From Lachnospiraceae bacterium UBA4260 (GTDB taxonomy: Bacteria; Bacillota; Clostridia; Lachnospirales; Lachnospiraceae), in the NCBI GenBank assembly GCA_002395235.1, contig DGWK01000008.1:34174-98173 (forward strand): 64,000 bases of DNA. The letters run 5' to 3'. A model generated the notes under the pieces. That model did no database searches. It saw only the letters and a program-made list of their open reading frames with translations, and was not told the origin of the DNA. This document shows positions 1 to 9,163 of this stretch, one piece after another. The translations under genes were made by a program, and so were the position numbers. How positions within the stretch are numbered: the first letter of the stretch is position 1; each line of letters begins with the position of its first letter.

Positions 1-1267
1 TCCTTTCCCTTATTCGGCCGACACTGTTCGCCGTATAGAAAACACTCTCCAGCGCCTCTTTTTCCTCCCTCGTGATGGCATAGTCTCCCATCAGCTCTCT
101 CAGAAAATCCAGATGCGCCTCCGAATCCACCGGCCGCGCTCTCACAGCCCGCCTGTAGGCTTCTGTCTTTTCGCTCAGTCCCTGTTCTTCCTGCGCATTC
201 CTAATCAGCATTCGATACTCCCTCTCGCCCGCCTCCGCCGATGATGCGGCCAGCATTCCGGAACAGACCAGAAAGATCACAGCCGAGGCAATCAGAAGTG
301 TGAATTTTCTCCACATTGTGTCTGCATGGACAACCCCTGCACTTGTTCCGTCTGCTCTCTCACACATTCTTATGACGTTGTAGAGTGCTTTCTCCAACTC
401 CGTGCAGGACGAGTACCGCATGGACGGGGCGACACTGCAGCAGCGGAGCAATGTTTTGGCCATATAAGAGAAGCTGCGGGGGGCCCGCCCTCCTGCGGTC
501 GCACCACCGAACTCTTCAAGCGGCCTGAGCCCGGTTTCGAGGGGCGGCCGGCCGGTGATCATATGGTGCAGCACTGCGCCGATCCCATAAATGTCCGTTC
601 TCTCATCGGACTGCTCCCACCCGCCGTACTGCTCCGGCGCCGCATATCCCTCGGTGCCCAGCCGGCTGGTGTCCTTCCCGGCGCCTTCCCTGTATTTTCT
701 GACTGCGCCAAAATCCACCACAACCAAGGCTCCATCCGAACGAACCAAAATATTGGCCGGCTTGAGGTCGCGATAGATCATGGGCGGATTCATCCGGTGA
801 AGCCTTCCCAGAATGGCACACAGCTGCACGCCTGCTTCCGCCGCTTCGCGGATGCTGAATTGTTTCCCTTCCTCCAGGATCTGTTGCAGCGACCGCCCTT
901 CCACATATTCCATAACAAAGCCTGCAAAGTCTCCGCTTTCATCACTTACGCACTCAATAAAGGTTGGGATTCCCTTTCCGTGAATTCGTTCCTCGAAGCT
1001 GTTTTTCCCTGCACCGCTGCCGGCTTGCTTCTGCGAGTTCCTGCCAAGTAACTCCAGAACTGCGGCTTCTGCCCGCAATTGTTCTGCAGCTTCTTGCAGG
1101 TCTTCCGGCTTACTGCTGTCATCCCTGCGCAGAATCTTCATCGCATAATTCTTCCTGTCTGCCCTGTCGGCCACTAAATAGACGATACTTGTACCGCCGC
1201 GACCAAGCTCCCGGAGAATCTCAAATTGATCCACAGATCTCCGATTCTCATTAGCATTTTTATTCAA
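1..1267 (-). CDS. Hanks-type Ser/Thr protein kinase with a downstream TM segment (3' end runs off the window; absent from the ORF track)
   Basis: Hand translation of the minus strand from TTG at 1267 (RBS GAGGAG upstream) gives LGRGGTSIVYLV (Gly loop), YAMKIL (catalytic Lys), YRDLKPANI (catalytic loop), VVDFG, GTEGYAAPEQY and TDIYGIG. A hydrophobic stretch WRKFTLLIASAVIFLVCSGML follows. The frame is open towards position 1. Confidence 0.9.
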   Translation of the reverse strand, partial: MNKNANENRRSVDQFEILRELGRGGTSIVYLVADRADRKNYAMKILRRDDSSKPEDLQEAAEQLRAEAAVLELLGRNSQKQAGSGAGKNSFEERIHGKGIPTFIECVSDESGDFAGFVMEYVEGRSLQQILEEGKQFSIREAAEAGVQLCAILGRLHRMNPPMIYRDLKPANILVRSDGALVVVDFGAVRKYREGAGKDTSRLGTEGYAAPEQYGGWEQSDERTDIYGIGAVLHHMITGRPPLETGLRPLEEFGGATAGGRAPRSFSYMAKTLLRCCSVAPSMRYSSCTELEKALYNVIRMCERADGTSAGVVHADTMWRKFTLLIASAVIFLVCSGMLAASSAEAGEREYRMLIRNAQEEQGLSEKTEAYRRAVRARPVDSEAHLDFLRELMGDYAITREEKEALESVFYTANSVGRIRER

Positions 1268-1501
1268 TTGCTTACTCCTCGAATTAGTCCGCGAACAGCG
1301 GAATGAACAGAAGCTGCGGATCAGATTCTGCAGCTTCTGAAGAAGCCCGTTCCCTGAAAACAATCAGGGCCGGGCATCAGACGTCGGTCTCCGTTGGATA
1401 CCGGCGAGATAGATTTATTATTGAATAGATAACCATTGAAAGTCAAGGCTGGATTTGGAGCGCGATCCGTGCGCAGGACTGGAATGGCAGTGCAGATCAC
1501 C

Positions 1502-2695
1502 TCACCCGCGCAACATCAACTGCATCCCGACATCAAAGGCCCTCCCCTCAACGCACTCGCTGAGCCAATACGCCATCGTCACATCGTCCTGCGTCCGCAG
1601 CGTAAATTCCGGCTGGCGGACCGCCGTGTGGATCGTGCCGCCCTTGTACATGGAGAGCGGCCTGTGCCACTCGTGAATAAAGAAGGAAAACTCCGGACTC
1701 AGCTTTCGAAGCTCTGCAATCATTTTCTGCATCTGCCGGTAGTAGTCCTCCTGGATCTGCGTATCCGTGTTGTAGACCTTGTTGGTCATGTCGTTGTAAA
1801 ACGCGCTCAGAAGATAGTCCGTCACCGAGCCCGAATACAAATACCGAAACCGGCTGGCCTGGCGCCTGCAGACGCCGCGATACCATTCAAGGGTCAGATT
1901 TTTGCCGCCCACGTCCTTCCACAATTCCTCCCTTGCATTCCAGACGTCTCGCAGCGTGTGCTTCCAGTTTTTGTACAAGAGCTGGGCGCTGTCCGAGAAG
2001 AGTGTCACATCGCGGCAGGCCGGATAGAATTCGCCGACGATCTGCTCCGCGAGAGCGGGCACAGCGAAGGCCCCTGCACTCTCCCCTGCGATCAGAAGCT
2101 TTTCTGCGGTGGGAAAGAGTTTCTTGCCGTATCGCATCGCCGCCATGAAGTTCTCATATCCGTGAAAATAGAGAACGGCCTCATCTCCCTTTTTTGCCGA
2201 GCCGTCTTCGCTGTCCTCGAGAACATGGTAGATAAACCGGTTGTTTCCCACGTGCATATCGCCGGTCGCATAGGTAATGATCACAAAATTCCAGTCGTCA
2301 AAGGGATTATCGCCCCCGTTTTTCGTGATGCCGACATTGATGTTCATGACCTGCGTAAAGAGCCGGAGATTATTCCAATAATAGTTGGGAAGCCACGCCG
2401 CGACGCTCCCGCCGTTAACGGGCCGGGCCGCCATGTATTCGTTGATGGCGATGCCTCCGCCCGAGAAAAAGACGCAGAGCTTATCCGTCGTTCCCTTCCT
2501 CACATAAATATGATAGTCGGATCCGTCGGCGCACTTTCCTTCCGGAATCGGCACTTTGTACCACACTTTCGCGGCGGGCTCGCCCACCAGAATGGGAGCT
2601 TCCTGCCCCAGCTCATAAATTCCTTTGGAAATAGATTCCTCGACCAGGTTTCCGATCCGGACCATCCAGTTCTTTTTGTTTTTTCCGTTTTCCAT
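1502..2695 (-). CDS. Pectin acetylesterase (PAE/Notum)-like alpha/beta hydrolase
   Basis: GKCADGSDY..Y.RKG, VFFSGGG, YATGDMHVGN and nucleophile motif GESAG. Start trimmed to ATG 2695 (MENGKNKK) because the ORF-track extension overlaps the upstream gene. Confidence 0.75.
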   Translation of the reverse strand: MENGKNKKNWMVRIGNLVEESISKGIYELGQEAPILVGEPAAKVWYKVPIPEGKCADGSDYHIYVRKGTTDKLCVFFSGGGIAINEYMAARPVNGGSVAAWLPNYYWNNLRLFTQVMNINVGITKNGGDNPFDDWNFVIITYATGDMHVGNNRFIYHVLEDSEDGSAKKGDEAVLYFHGYENFMAAMRYGKKLFPTAEKLLIAGESAGAFAVPALAEQIVGEFYPACRDVTLFSDSAQLLYKNWKHTLRDVWNAREELWKDVGGKNLTLEWYRGVCRRQASRFRYLYSGSVTDYLLSAFYNDMTNKVYNTDTQIQEDYYRQMQKMIAELRKLSPEFSFFIHEWHRPLSMYKGGTIHTAVRQPEFTLRTQDDVTMAYWLSECVEGRAFDVGMQLMLRG

Positions 2696-2706
2696 AAACA
2701 ATCCTG

Positions 2707-3366
2707 TTAAAGGTTGAATAGCTTCTGTACCGCGCTCCTGAGATCCCTGAAGCGGAAGATCACGGCTGCGCAGGCCTCGATTAGCAAAAGCGCCATGCTC
2801 GCCACAGCCGGGAATTTGACGGGATTCATATTCGTCAGTACCGGAATGATCTGCAGCATGGACAGCAACATCGTCACAAAAATATATATAATATACTCTT
2901 CCAGCCTCAGTTTCGCACCCCGGCCCACCGCGATCGTAACAAAGACCAGCAGGACAAATCCGATCGGAAGCACAAAAGCCACGGACCAGCCGTGCCAGCC
3001 TGTCAATGCATCTGTCAAAAGACAGACCGCCATGGCAAGATACGTCTCGACTGTCAATGTTTTGATCAGGTTGTTGCGATAGTATATGCCTACCATCAGA
3101 TCCCCCCAGGCGATCAGCGCGCCCAGGATCGCAAACGGAACCCACGGCAGATCAAAGTTGCAGAGGAGCTCCAGGGCCAGCATTATGATAATGAAAGTCA
3201 GCAGGCAGAAGGTCGCCACTTTCACTACTGACATGTGCGTAAACCTGTTTCTCTGCAGGACTGGAAAGGCGCCCGGCTCGGGATCCCCGGTCAGCCTGCC
3301 GCCGCACAGCGGGCACTCGGTCTTGTCGCCCTTGATACTGATCCTGCATTTGGAACAATACTGCAT
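2707..3366 (-). CDS. Membrane protein with N-terminal zinc ribbon (DUF6320-like)
   Basis: N-terminal CxxC...CPLC followed by about 5-6 hydrophobic helices; directly downstream of the acyltransferase gene (shares base 3366). Confidence 0.7.
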   Translation of the reverse strand: MQYCSKCRISIKGDKTECPLCGGRLTGDPEPGAFPVLQRNRFTHMSVVKVATFCLLTFIIIMLALELLCNFDLPWVPFAILGALIAWGDLMVGIYYRNNLIKTLTVETYLAMAVCLLTDALTGWHGWSVAFVLPIGFVLLVFVTIAVGRGAKLRLEEYIIYIFVTMLLSMLQIIPVLTNMNPVKFPAVASMALLLIEACAAVIFRFRDLRSAVQKLFNL

Positions 3367-4676
3367 TACGGCGCCTCCTTTCCGGCTGGATCCGCCTCAG
3401 CATGCGCAGCCGGCACAGCCCGGTCAAAGTCATTGCTCTCCAGCACGACCTCGATCCCCATATCCACCATCTCCCGGAAAAAGTCCCGGATGACCGGCTG
3501 CTGGATAAAAGCGGAGGCGACGCCGAATACCAGCGCGTCTTTGAAAGAGCACAGGCAGACCTGCACCGAGGGCGCTGCCATAAAGCAGCTGAACTTCTGA
3601 ATATAAGGTTCCATCTCCTCAGGAACCGAGATCTTTCCCACATTTGAGATCGTTCCGGTGATTCCCCGCTGCGTCTTTGCGTTGATCGCCGAAATGACCA
3701 GATTTTTAATCGGAAGCGGCACTACTTTGACCGCGATGTTGTGCTCCAAAGCCGCGTAGGAATTCATCGTCAGTTCGATCTGGTCCAGCCGCAGCTGTTT
3801 GCTGAAGGATTCCCGCACGACTGTGATGATGCTCTCAAGCGTCCCGTCGTACAGGGCCGGATCGAAGACCACGTTGATGACGCCGAAGAAATTGCGCGCC
3901 GTCTCGGAAGGAAAATAGTTGCGCAGGTTCACCGGAACGCTCAGCACAATGGGGAGCTTCCTGTCGCGCACTGACATCTCCCCGAGCGCCGCCTTGATGA
4001 ACAGCGCTGTGCTCAGCTCCGCCACCGTCGCGCCGCGCTCCCTTGCCGCAGCAAGAAAGGAGGCCACGGAGACAGTTCCCTCCAGAAGGTGATTCTGCAG
4101 GTTCTCGTCCCGATCTCCGCGCAGATGATAAGCCCTGGCCGGAGTCGAATTCTGCCCCTCGGGTTTTCGCTTCTCTTTTTTGTAATACTTGCCGAAGGCG
4201 TCGTCCTGCCGGTCGCTCCCCGCCGCCCTGCTGACGGCCATCTGCAGCTGCTCCACCCCGTAACGGACCCGGATATACTCCGTCAGGATCGCCTTGAGAA
4301 ATTCAAAGGCCCCTGTCCCGTCCGTCAAAACATGGAACATCTCCAGGTTGATCCGCCGCCCGTAATAGTTGACCCGATAGAGCAGGTCTCTGCGCCCCTC
4401 TCTGTAGATCGTATCCAGTGCGGGCAGATTGTCCGGCGTCACTTCCACGTCCAGACCACTCTGGTCGAGATAGTACCAGAACATCCCTTCTTTCAAAATA
4501 CTGCTGAAATGAGGAAACTCCCTCGCCGCGGATGTCACGGCGCCCTGCAGGATCTCCGGGTCCACCTCTTCCTTCAGCTCACAGGTGATTCTGAAAACTC
4601 TCGAGTCGGAGCCGCCTGTCGTGGAGGGCACTATTTTGGCGGCGTTATCCAGTTGATACCATTTTGTCTGTGCCAC
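3366..4676 (-). CDS. CoA-dependent acyltransferase (alcohol acetyltransferase / CAT-condensation fold)
   Basis: W..LDNAAK N-terminus, catalytic HxxxDG (FHVLTDGTG), PVNLRNYFPSETARNFF. Likely GTG start at 4676 with RBS AGAGGAG. Confidence 0.8.
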   Translation of the reverse strand: MAQTKWYQLDNAAKIVPSTTGGSDSRVFRITCELKEEVDPEILQGAVTSAAREFPHFSSILKEGMFWYYLDQSGLDVEVTPDNLPALDTIYREGRRDLLYRVNYYGRRINLEMFHVLTDGTGAFEFLKAILTEYIRVRYGVEQLQMAVSRAAGSDRQDDAFGKYYKKEKRKPEGQNSTPARAYHLRGDRDENLQNHLLEGTVSVASFLAAARERGATVAELSTALFIKAALGEMSVRDRKLPIVLSVPVNLRNYFPSETARNFFGVINVVFDPALYDGTLESIITVVRESFSKQLRLDQIELTMNSYAALEHNIAVKVVPLPIKNLVISAINAKTQRGITGTISNVGKISVPEEMEPYIQKFSCFMAAPSVQVCLCSFKDALVFGVASAFIQQPVIRDFFREMVDMGIEVVLESNDFDRAVPAAHAEADPAGKEAP

Positions 4677-4765
4677 TTTTCTACTCCTCTGTTGCCCTAT
4701 CTGCCGGAAAACTCCGCCGGAGGGCTCTCGGCGTCTTGTCCGCTGAGAGATCACACATGCGTCAC

Positions 4766-5374
4766 TTACTTGCCGAGGAAACGGAAAGGCTCCTCGTCCA
4801 CAAGGAAATGCATGAGCTGATAGGCGCACATGATGGCCACTTTCTCTTCCTTGAGGATCCTGCGCACTTCGTCGCGGTCCGCCAGGACGATCTCGATATT
4901 CTCGCTGGCCTCCATGAAGCGGTCGCTGATCTCGCCGTCCGTGTACCCGTAAACGGTCGCGCAGGACTCATCAGTGAGACCCACAGTCGTGAAGCGGGGT
5001 TCCTCGAACATGGGATCCACATCCAGGGGCGTCAGCTTCAGGCCGGTCTCCTCGTGCATCTCCCGGATGGCCGCCTCGCGGTAGTCCTCCCCTTTCTCCA
5101 CAAGTCCCGCCGGGAACTCGTAGACATAGTCGCCTATGCAGAAGCGATACTGGCGGATCAGCACGACTTTGTCGCGCGCCGGCCCGTAGATGCTGTAAAT
5201 GATCACGCCGTCCGGATGATTTTCCCCGGTACGGATCTTGAGCTCGCTCTCGTTTTTGGCGCGGGAAGCGACGTAGTAATGGGACTGTCTGCCGTTCTTG
5301 TGCGTGACGTCCAGGTCGTAGAGATTGACAAATTTGTTGTTTGTTTTCTGTGTAATCTTGTCAATGGATACCAT
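4766..5374 (-). CDS. NUDIX hydrolase (ADP-ribose pyrophosphatase-like)
   Basis: Complete Nudix box GLVEKGEDYREAAIREMHEETGL; LIRQYRF..G.YVYEFPAG. Confidence 0.9.
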   Translation of the reverse strand: MVSIDKITQKTNNKFVNLYDLDVTHKNGRQSHYYVASRAKNESELKIRTGENHPDGVIIYSIYGPARDKVVLIRQYRFCIGDYVYEFPAGLVEKGEDYREAAIREMHEETGLKLTPLDVDPMFEEPRFTTVGLTDESCATVYGYTDGEISDRFMEASENIEIVLADRDEVRRILKEEKVAIMCAYQLMHFLVDEEPFRFLGK

Positions 5375-5481
5375 CGTGTTGTCCTCCTGATTTATTGAAG
5401 TACATGGCTCGCGGGACGAGCCGCGCAGCCGTGCACCTTACCTTCAAAACTCGCGGGGCGAGCCGCCGCGCCGCGTGCGCC

Positions 5482-7629
5482 TTAACTCTGAAGCAGCCCC
5501 GTCAGCTCTCCGTTTGACAGAATGCTCAGCCTCCTGGTCGCCCTTGAAACTGCCGTGTACAGCCTGTGTCTCGCCAGAAGATCGTCCGGATACATCTTCG
5601 CGTCCGCATCCGGCAGGATCACGCCGTCAAATTCGAGTCCTTTCACCAGATCGAGGGTGATCAGAAAAGTCCCTTTCCCCGGCAGCGCCTGGTTGCGGCT
5701 GATTATCTGCGGCGCCTTGTCGCCCAGAAGTTCCCTGATCTTCTCAAGGCTCCCCCTGTTTCCGCAGATGATGGCCGTGAGCCCTTCTTCCTCCTCCGCG
5801 GCATTAATGAGCGCCTTCAGTCTCCGCAGATAGTCATCGCTGTCCGCGCAGCCCATTTTCACCGGCGCCGTGCCCGGTCTCTGCACCGAAGCCGTATTGA
5901 TCCGCTTCTCCCGCGGCAGAAGTCCCGTGAAGATCTCCGTGATCTCCGGCGACGACCTGTAGCTCGTGAGCAGCGGCAGTTCCACCGCTTCGCGGCCCTC
6001 TTCGCCGAACAGTTCCCGGATCTTTTCAAAGGACACCGTCCCCGGCCGGATCGCCTGGAACTCGTCTCCCAGCATCATAAACTTCGCTCTGTCAAAATAT
6101 CGCCGCAGCACCATGAGCTGAGCCGCCGTGTAGTCCTGCACCTCGTCGATCATGACGTATTTCACGTTTTTGTCACCCATTCCGGTCAGCAATATTTTGA
6201 GCCAGATCCATTCCGCGCTGCTCAGCTTCTTTCTCTTCGTGAGCCTCTTGCCGATCTTCTCTATATCAAGAAACGAAAAATGCTCGATCGCACTGAAAGC
6301 GCCGCCGAATTCGTTCCTGATCCGGTTCTGCTCCCGCATGCCGGGCTCGTCCGTCTCCGCGTAAGGGTCCGTGCTGTTGAAAGCTGCGCCTGCCTGCTCT
6401 CCGGCGCCTCCCAGGTCTCCCATGCCGGCTTCTCCGCGGCCGCCGCGCTTTTCGTTTTCATCCCGCTCCATCCTGCGGATCTTGACCCGGGCGATCTCCG
6501 ACAGCCGGTCAGCGAGAATGTGAAGAAGCCGGACGCCGGTCTCGATCTCTGAAAGGCTGTCCGCGACTTTCGCGATCTCTCTGCGGCTGAGGACGCATCT
6601 GCCCTTCTGCATGATGGGCCTGAAATCCTCCTCCTCGAGGCGGAGAGACTTCAGGTTTTTCTCTATTTTGCGCAGATCCGATTCCTTTGCAGGCTCGAAG
6701 GGGCCCTTGTCGGGCGCCTTGGCGATGTGGACAAAGTCCCTCCAGGTGATGGTCCTGGGATTCTCCTCGCCCAGATCCGGCAGCACCTGGTCGATATACT
6801 GGCGGAACACCGGATTGATGGTCAGCAGATAGACCTGCTCCGGCCGCAGGTTCTCCCTCTGCCGGTAGAACAGATAGGCGATCCTCTGCAGCAGGACGGA
6901 CGTCTTGCCGCTTCCCGCGATTCCATTGACCAGGAGCACAGGGACATCGCTGCAGCGAATAACCGCGTTCTGCTCCTTCTGGATCGTCGCGGTGATCGCC
7001 TTCATCTTGTCCGTTCGGTGGCTGGCCAGCGACTGCAGAAGCAGCGGGTCCTCGATCGCCACCTGCGTGTCAAAAAAGGAATACAGCCTGTCCTCTTCCA
7101 GGTTATACTGCCTGCGCAGCTGCAGGTCCACGTCCACGCGCCTGCCCTCGACCATGTAGAAAGTCCTGCCATTGTCCTGGTTGTAATAGGTCTCCGCGAT
7201 CGGCGAGCGCCAGTCGATCACGAGATGCTCGAAGGCGTTCTCCGACACTCCCGCGCTTCCAATGTAGTAGTCCTCCGGCTCTTCTTCCGGGTCAAACTGC
7301 AGCGTCACTCTGGCAAAATAGGGCGCCTTCAGCAGTCTTTTGACCCTGCCCAGCTTCTCTTTCGCCGCGTCCTGTTCGATATTGTACTGGTCAATGGAGT
7401 GGCTCATCGCCTCAAACTCGATATAAGTCTCCATGGAGTCCGTATCGCTGTCAAAATTCAGCGACAGGTTGCTCCTTATATCCTTCTTCTCCTGCGCGGC
7501 CTTCTCCGAGATCGACTTGATCCTCTCCTCCAGCTCGCTCTCCATCACGCGCAGCCTGCCGTGCGTCTGCGTCAGGTGGGCCTGCTCCTCTTCAAATATC
7601 TTCTTCTGAATTTTATCCTGTTCGTTCAC
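5482..7629 (-). CDS. helD: HelD-like SF1 (UvrD-related) helicase/ATPase, RNA polymerase recycling factor
   Basis: PYFARV, VIDWRSPIAETYY, MKAITATIQKEQNAVIR, Walker A GIAGSGKT, Walker B MIDEVQD, KGLEFD, LYTAVSRA. Confidence 0.8.
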   Translation of the reverse strand: MNEQDKIQKKIFEEEQAHLTQTHGRLRVMESELEERIKSISEKAAQEKKDIRSNLSLNFDSDTDSMETYIEFEAMSHSIDQYNIEQDAAKEKLGRVKRLLKAPYFARVTLQFDPEEEPEDYYIGSAGVSENAFEHLVIDWRSPIAETYYNQDNGRTFYMVEGRRVDVDLQLRRQYNLEEDRLYSFFDTQVAIEDPLLLQSLASHRTDKMKAITATIQKEQNAVIRCSDVPVLLVNGIAGSGKTSVLLQRIAYLFYRQRENLRPEQVYLLTINPVFRQYIDQVLPDLGEENPRTITWRDFVHIAKAPDKGPFEPAKESDLRKIEKNLKSLRLEEEDFRPIMQKGRCVLSRREIAKVADSLSEIETGVRLLHILADRLSEIARVKIRRMERDENEKRGGRGEAGMGDLGGAGEQAGAAFNSTDPYAETDEPGMREQNRIRNEFGGAFSAIEHFSFLDIEKIGKRLTKRKKLSSAEWIWLKILLTGMGDKNVKYVMIDEVQDYTAAQLMVLRRYFDRAKFMMLGDEFQAIRPGTVSFEKIRELFGEEGREAVELPLLTSYRSSPEITEIFTGLLPREKRINTASVQRPGTAPVKMGCADSDDYLRRLKALINAAEEEEGLTAIICGNRGSLEKIRELLGDKAPQIISRNQALPGKGTFLITLDLVKGLEFDGVILPDADAKMYPDDLLARHRLYTAVSRATRRLSILSNGELTGLLQS

Positions 7630-7851
7630 GCGTCACTCCGTTTTTCTTGTGGGCGCCTTTTCAGCGGCGGAGAGCCGTGTCTGAAAGGCTGGTACATAAT
7701 ATTTAAGTATACATCTTCCGGCAAAAATAAGAAAGATTGCGGTGCGCATCTGTACCGCGCTTCGTTCTGGATATATAATACTTTCATTGAATGCAGAAGC
7801 AATATGTTCAGATTTAAGGACTGTCCCATTCAGCCGCAAAGGAGTTCTTCC

Positions 7852-9057
7852 ATGCCCCAGTACAAAATCGATCCCGACCTCAGACAGCCTGCCTACCTGC
7901 AGCTCTATAACCAGATCCGCAATGACATCACAAGCGGAATCTGTCCCTACCACAGCAAGCTCCCTTCCAAAAGATTCCTGGCCTCGGAGACCGGCACAAG
8001 CGTGATCACGGTCGAGCACGCCTACGACCTCCTTGCTGACGAAGGCTACATCGAGTCCCGCCAGCGCAGCGGGTACTATGTCATCTACAAAGAAAATGAG
8101 TTGTTTCCTGTCGCCCCCTCCACCGGAGACGTTGGCCCGGCGATCCTTGGCTCCGCAACGGGCGGACTACGTCCTGCGAGCGGCAGCTCGGCGCCTGCCG
8201 GCGCCTCTGCAGCCGACGACGGCGCCCTCTCCGACCTCCATGAGATCACCGATATTCCCATCCGAGGGCCTATCGTCACCCCGGAGCAGGAACAGTTTCC
8301 CTTCAACATTCTCGCCCGAAAAGCCCGCAAAGTCCTGTCCGAATACGGCGAATCCCTTTTGGAGCGCTCGCCCAACAGCGGAACTGTCCTCCTTCGCGAG
8401 GCGATCGCCCGGTATCTGGCCCGCAGCCGCAGAATAAATGTCAGCCCCGATCAGATCATCATCGGCTCCGGTTCCGAATACCTCTACAACCTGATCGTCC
8501 AGATCCTCGGCCGCGAGCGCACTTTTGCTCTGGAGGATCCCTCCTACGAGAAGATCCGGCTCGTCTACGAGGCCAGCGGCGTGCACTGCGAGCTCCTGCC
8601 CATGGACCGCGAAGGCGTTCGCCTCAGCGCCCTGCGATGCTCGAAGGCGACCGTCCTGCACGTCACGCCCTTCAACAGCTATCCCAGTGGCATCACTGCC
8701 ACGGCTTCCAGGCGCGCAGGCTATATCAAATGGGCCTCATCCAAAGACAGATTTATCATCGAAGACGACTTTGACTCCGAGTTCTCCATGTCCACCAAGG
8801 CGGAGGATACCCTCTTCTCCCTCGAGCCGCAGCGAAGCGTAATCTACATGAATACCTTCACGCGCACCATCTCGCCGGCGGTCCGTGTCGGCTACATGGT
8901 CCTTCCGGCCGAGCAGTGTGCTGCCATGTTAGAGAAGATCTCCATCTACTCCTGCACCGTTCCCGTCTTCACCCAGCACCTCTTGGCAGAGCTGATCGAC
9001 AGCGGCGACTTCGAGCGTCACATCAACCGCGTGCGGCGCCGCAGGCGTCGAGTGTGA
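7852..9057 (+). CDS. MocR/GabR-family regulator (GntR wHTH + PLP aminotransferase-like domain)
   Basis: AYLQLYNQIRNDI...KLPSKRFLA...SVITVEHAYDLLADEGYIESRQRSGYYV, then IIEDDFDSEF and RVGYMVLP. ATG 7852 follows RBS AAGGAG; the ORF-track upstream extension is antisense to helD. Confidence 0.85.
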   Translation: MPQYKIDPDLRQPAYLQLYNQIRNDITSGICPYHSKLPSKRFLASETGTSVITVEHAYDLLADEGYIESRQRSGYYVIYKENELFPVAPSTGDVGPAILGSATGGLRPASGSSAPAGASAADDGALSDLHEITDIPIRGPIVTPEQEQFPFNILARKARKVLSEYGESLLERSPNSGTVLLREAIARYLARSRRINVSPDQIIIGSGSEYLYNLIVQILGRERTFALEDPSYEKIRLVYEASGVHCELLPMDREGVRLSALRCSKATVLHVTPFNSYPSGITATASRRAGYIKWASSKDRFIIEDDFDSEFSMSTKAEDTLFSLEPQRSVIYMNTFTRTISPAVRVGYMVLPAEQCAAMLEKISIYSCTVPVFTQHLLAELIDSGDFERHINRVRRRRRRV

Positions 9058-9124
9058 CAGGGGGACGTATCAAGTGACACATTTTTTATAAAAAAACGTG
9101 TCAGCGGACACGTCCCCCTGACAC
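9052..9124. repeat. REP-like hairpin (outer arms gtgt(ga)cagggggacgt / acgtccccctgacac, inner arms tgacac..gtgtca)
   Basis: Read directly between the convergent MocR and DUF2828 genes; contains one copy of the 25-bp repeat that recurs inverted at 11020-11044. Confidence 0.7.
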
Positions 9125-9163
9125 AAAAAAACCGGGACCGTGAGTACGGCCCCTTCGTCCGAC

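Noticed and set aside
326-1051. 241-aa plus-strand ORF
   Set aside because: Antisense shadow of the minus-strand Ser/Thr kinase, which carries all the catalytic motifs.
6727-7851. Apparent N-terminal extension making a 776-aa MocR fusion
   Set aside because: The extension is antisense to helD; the real start with RBS is ATG 7852.
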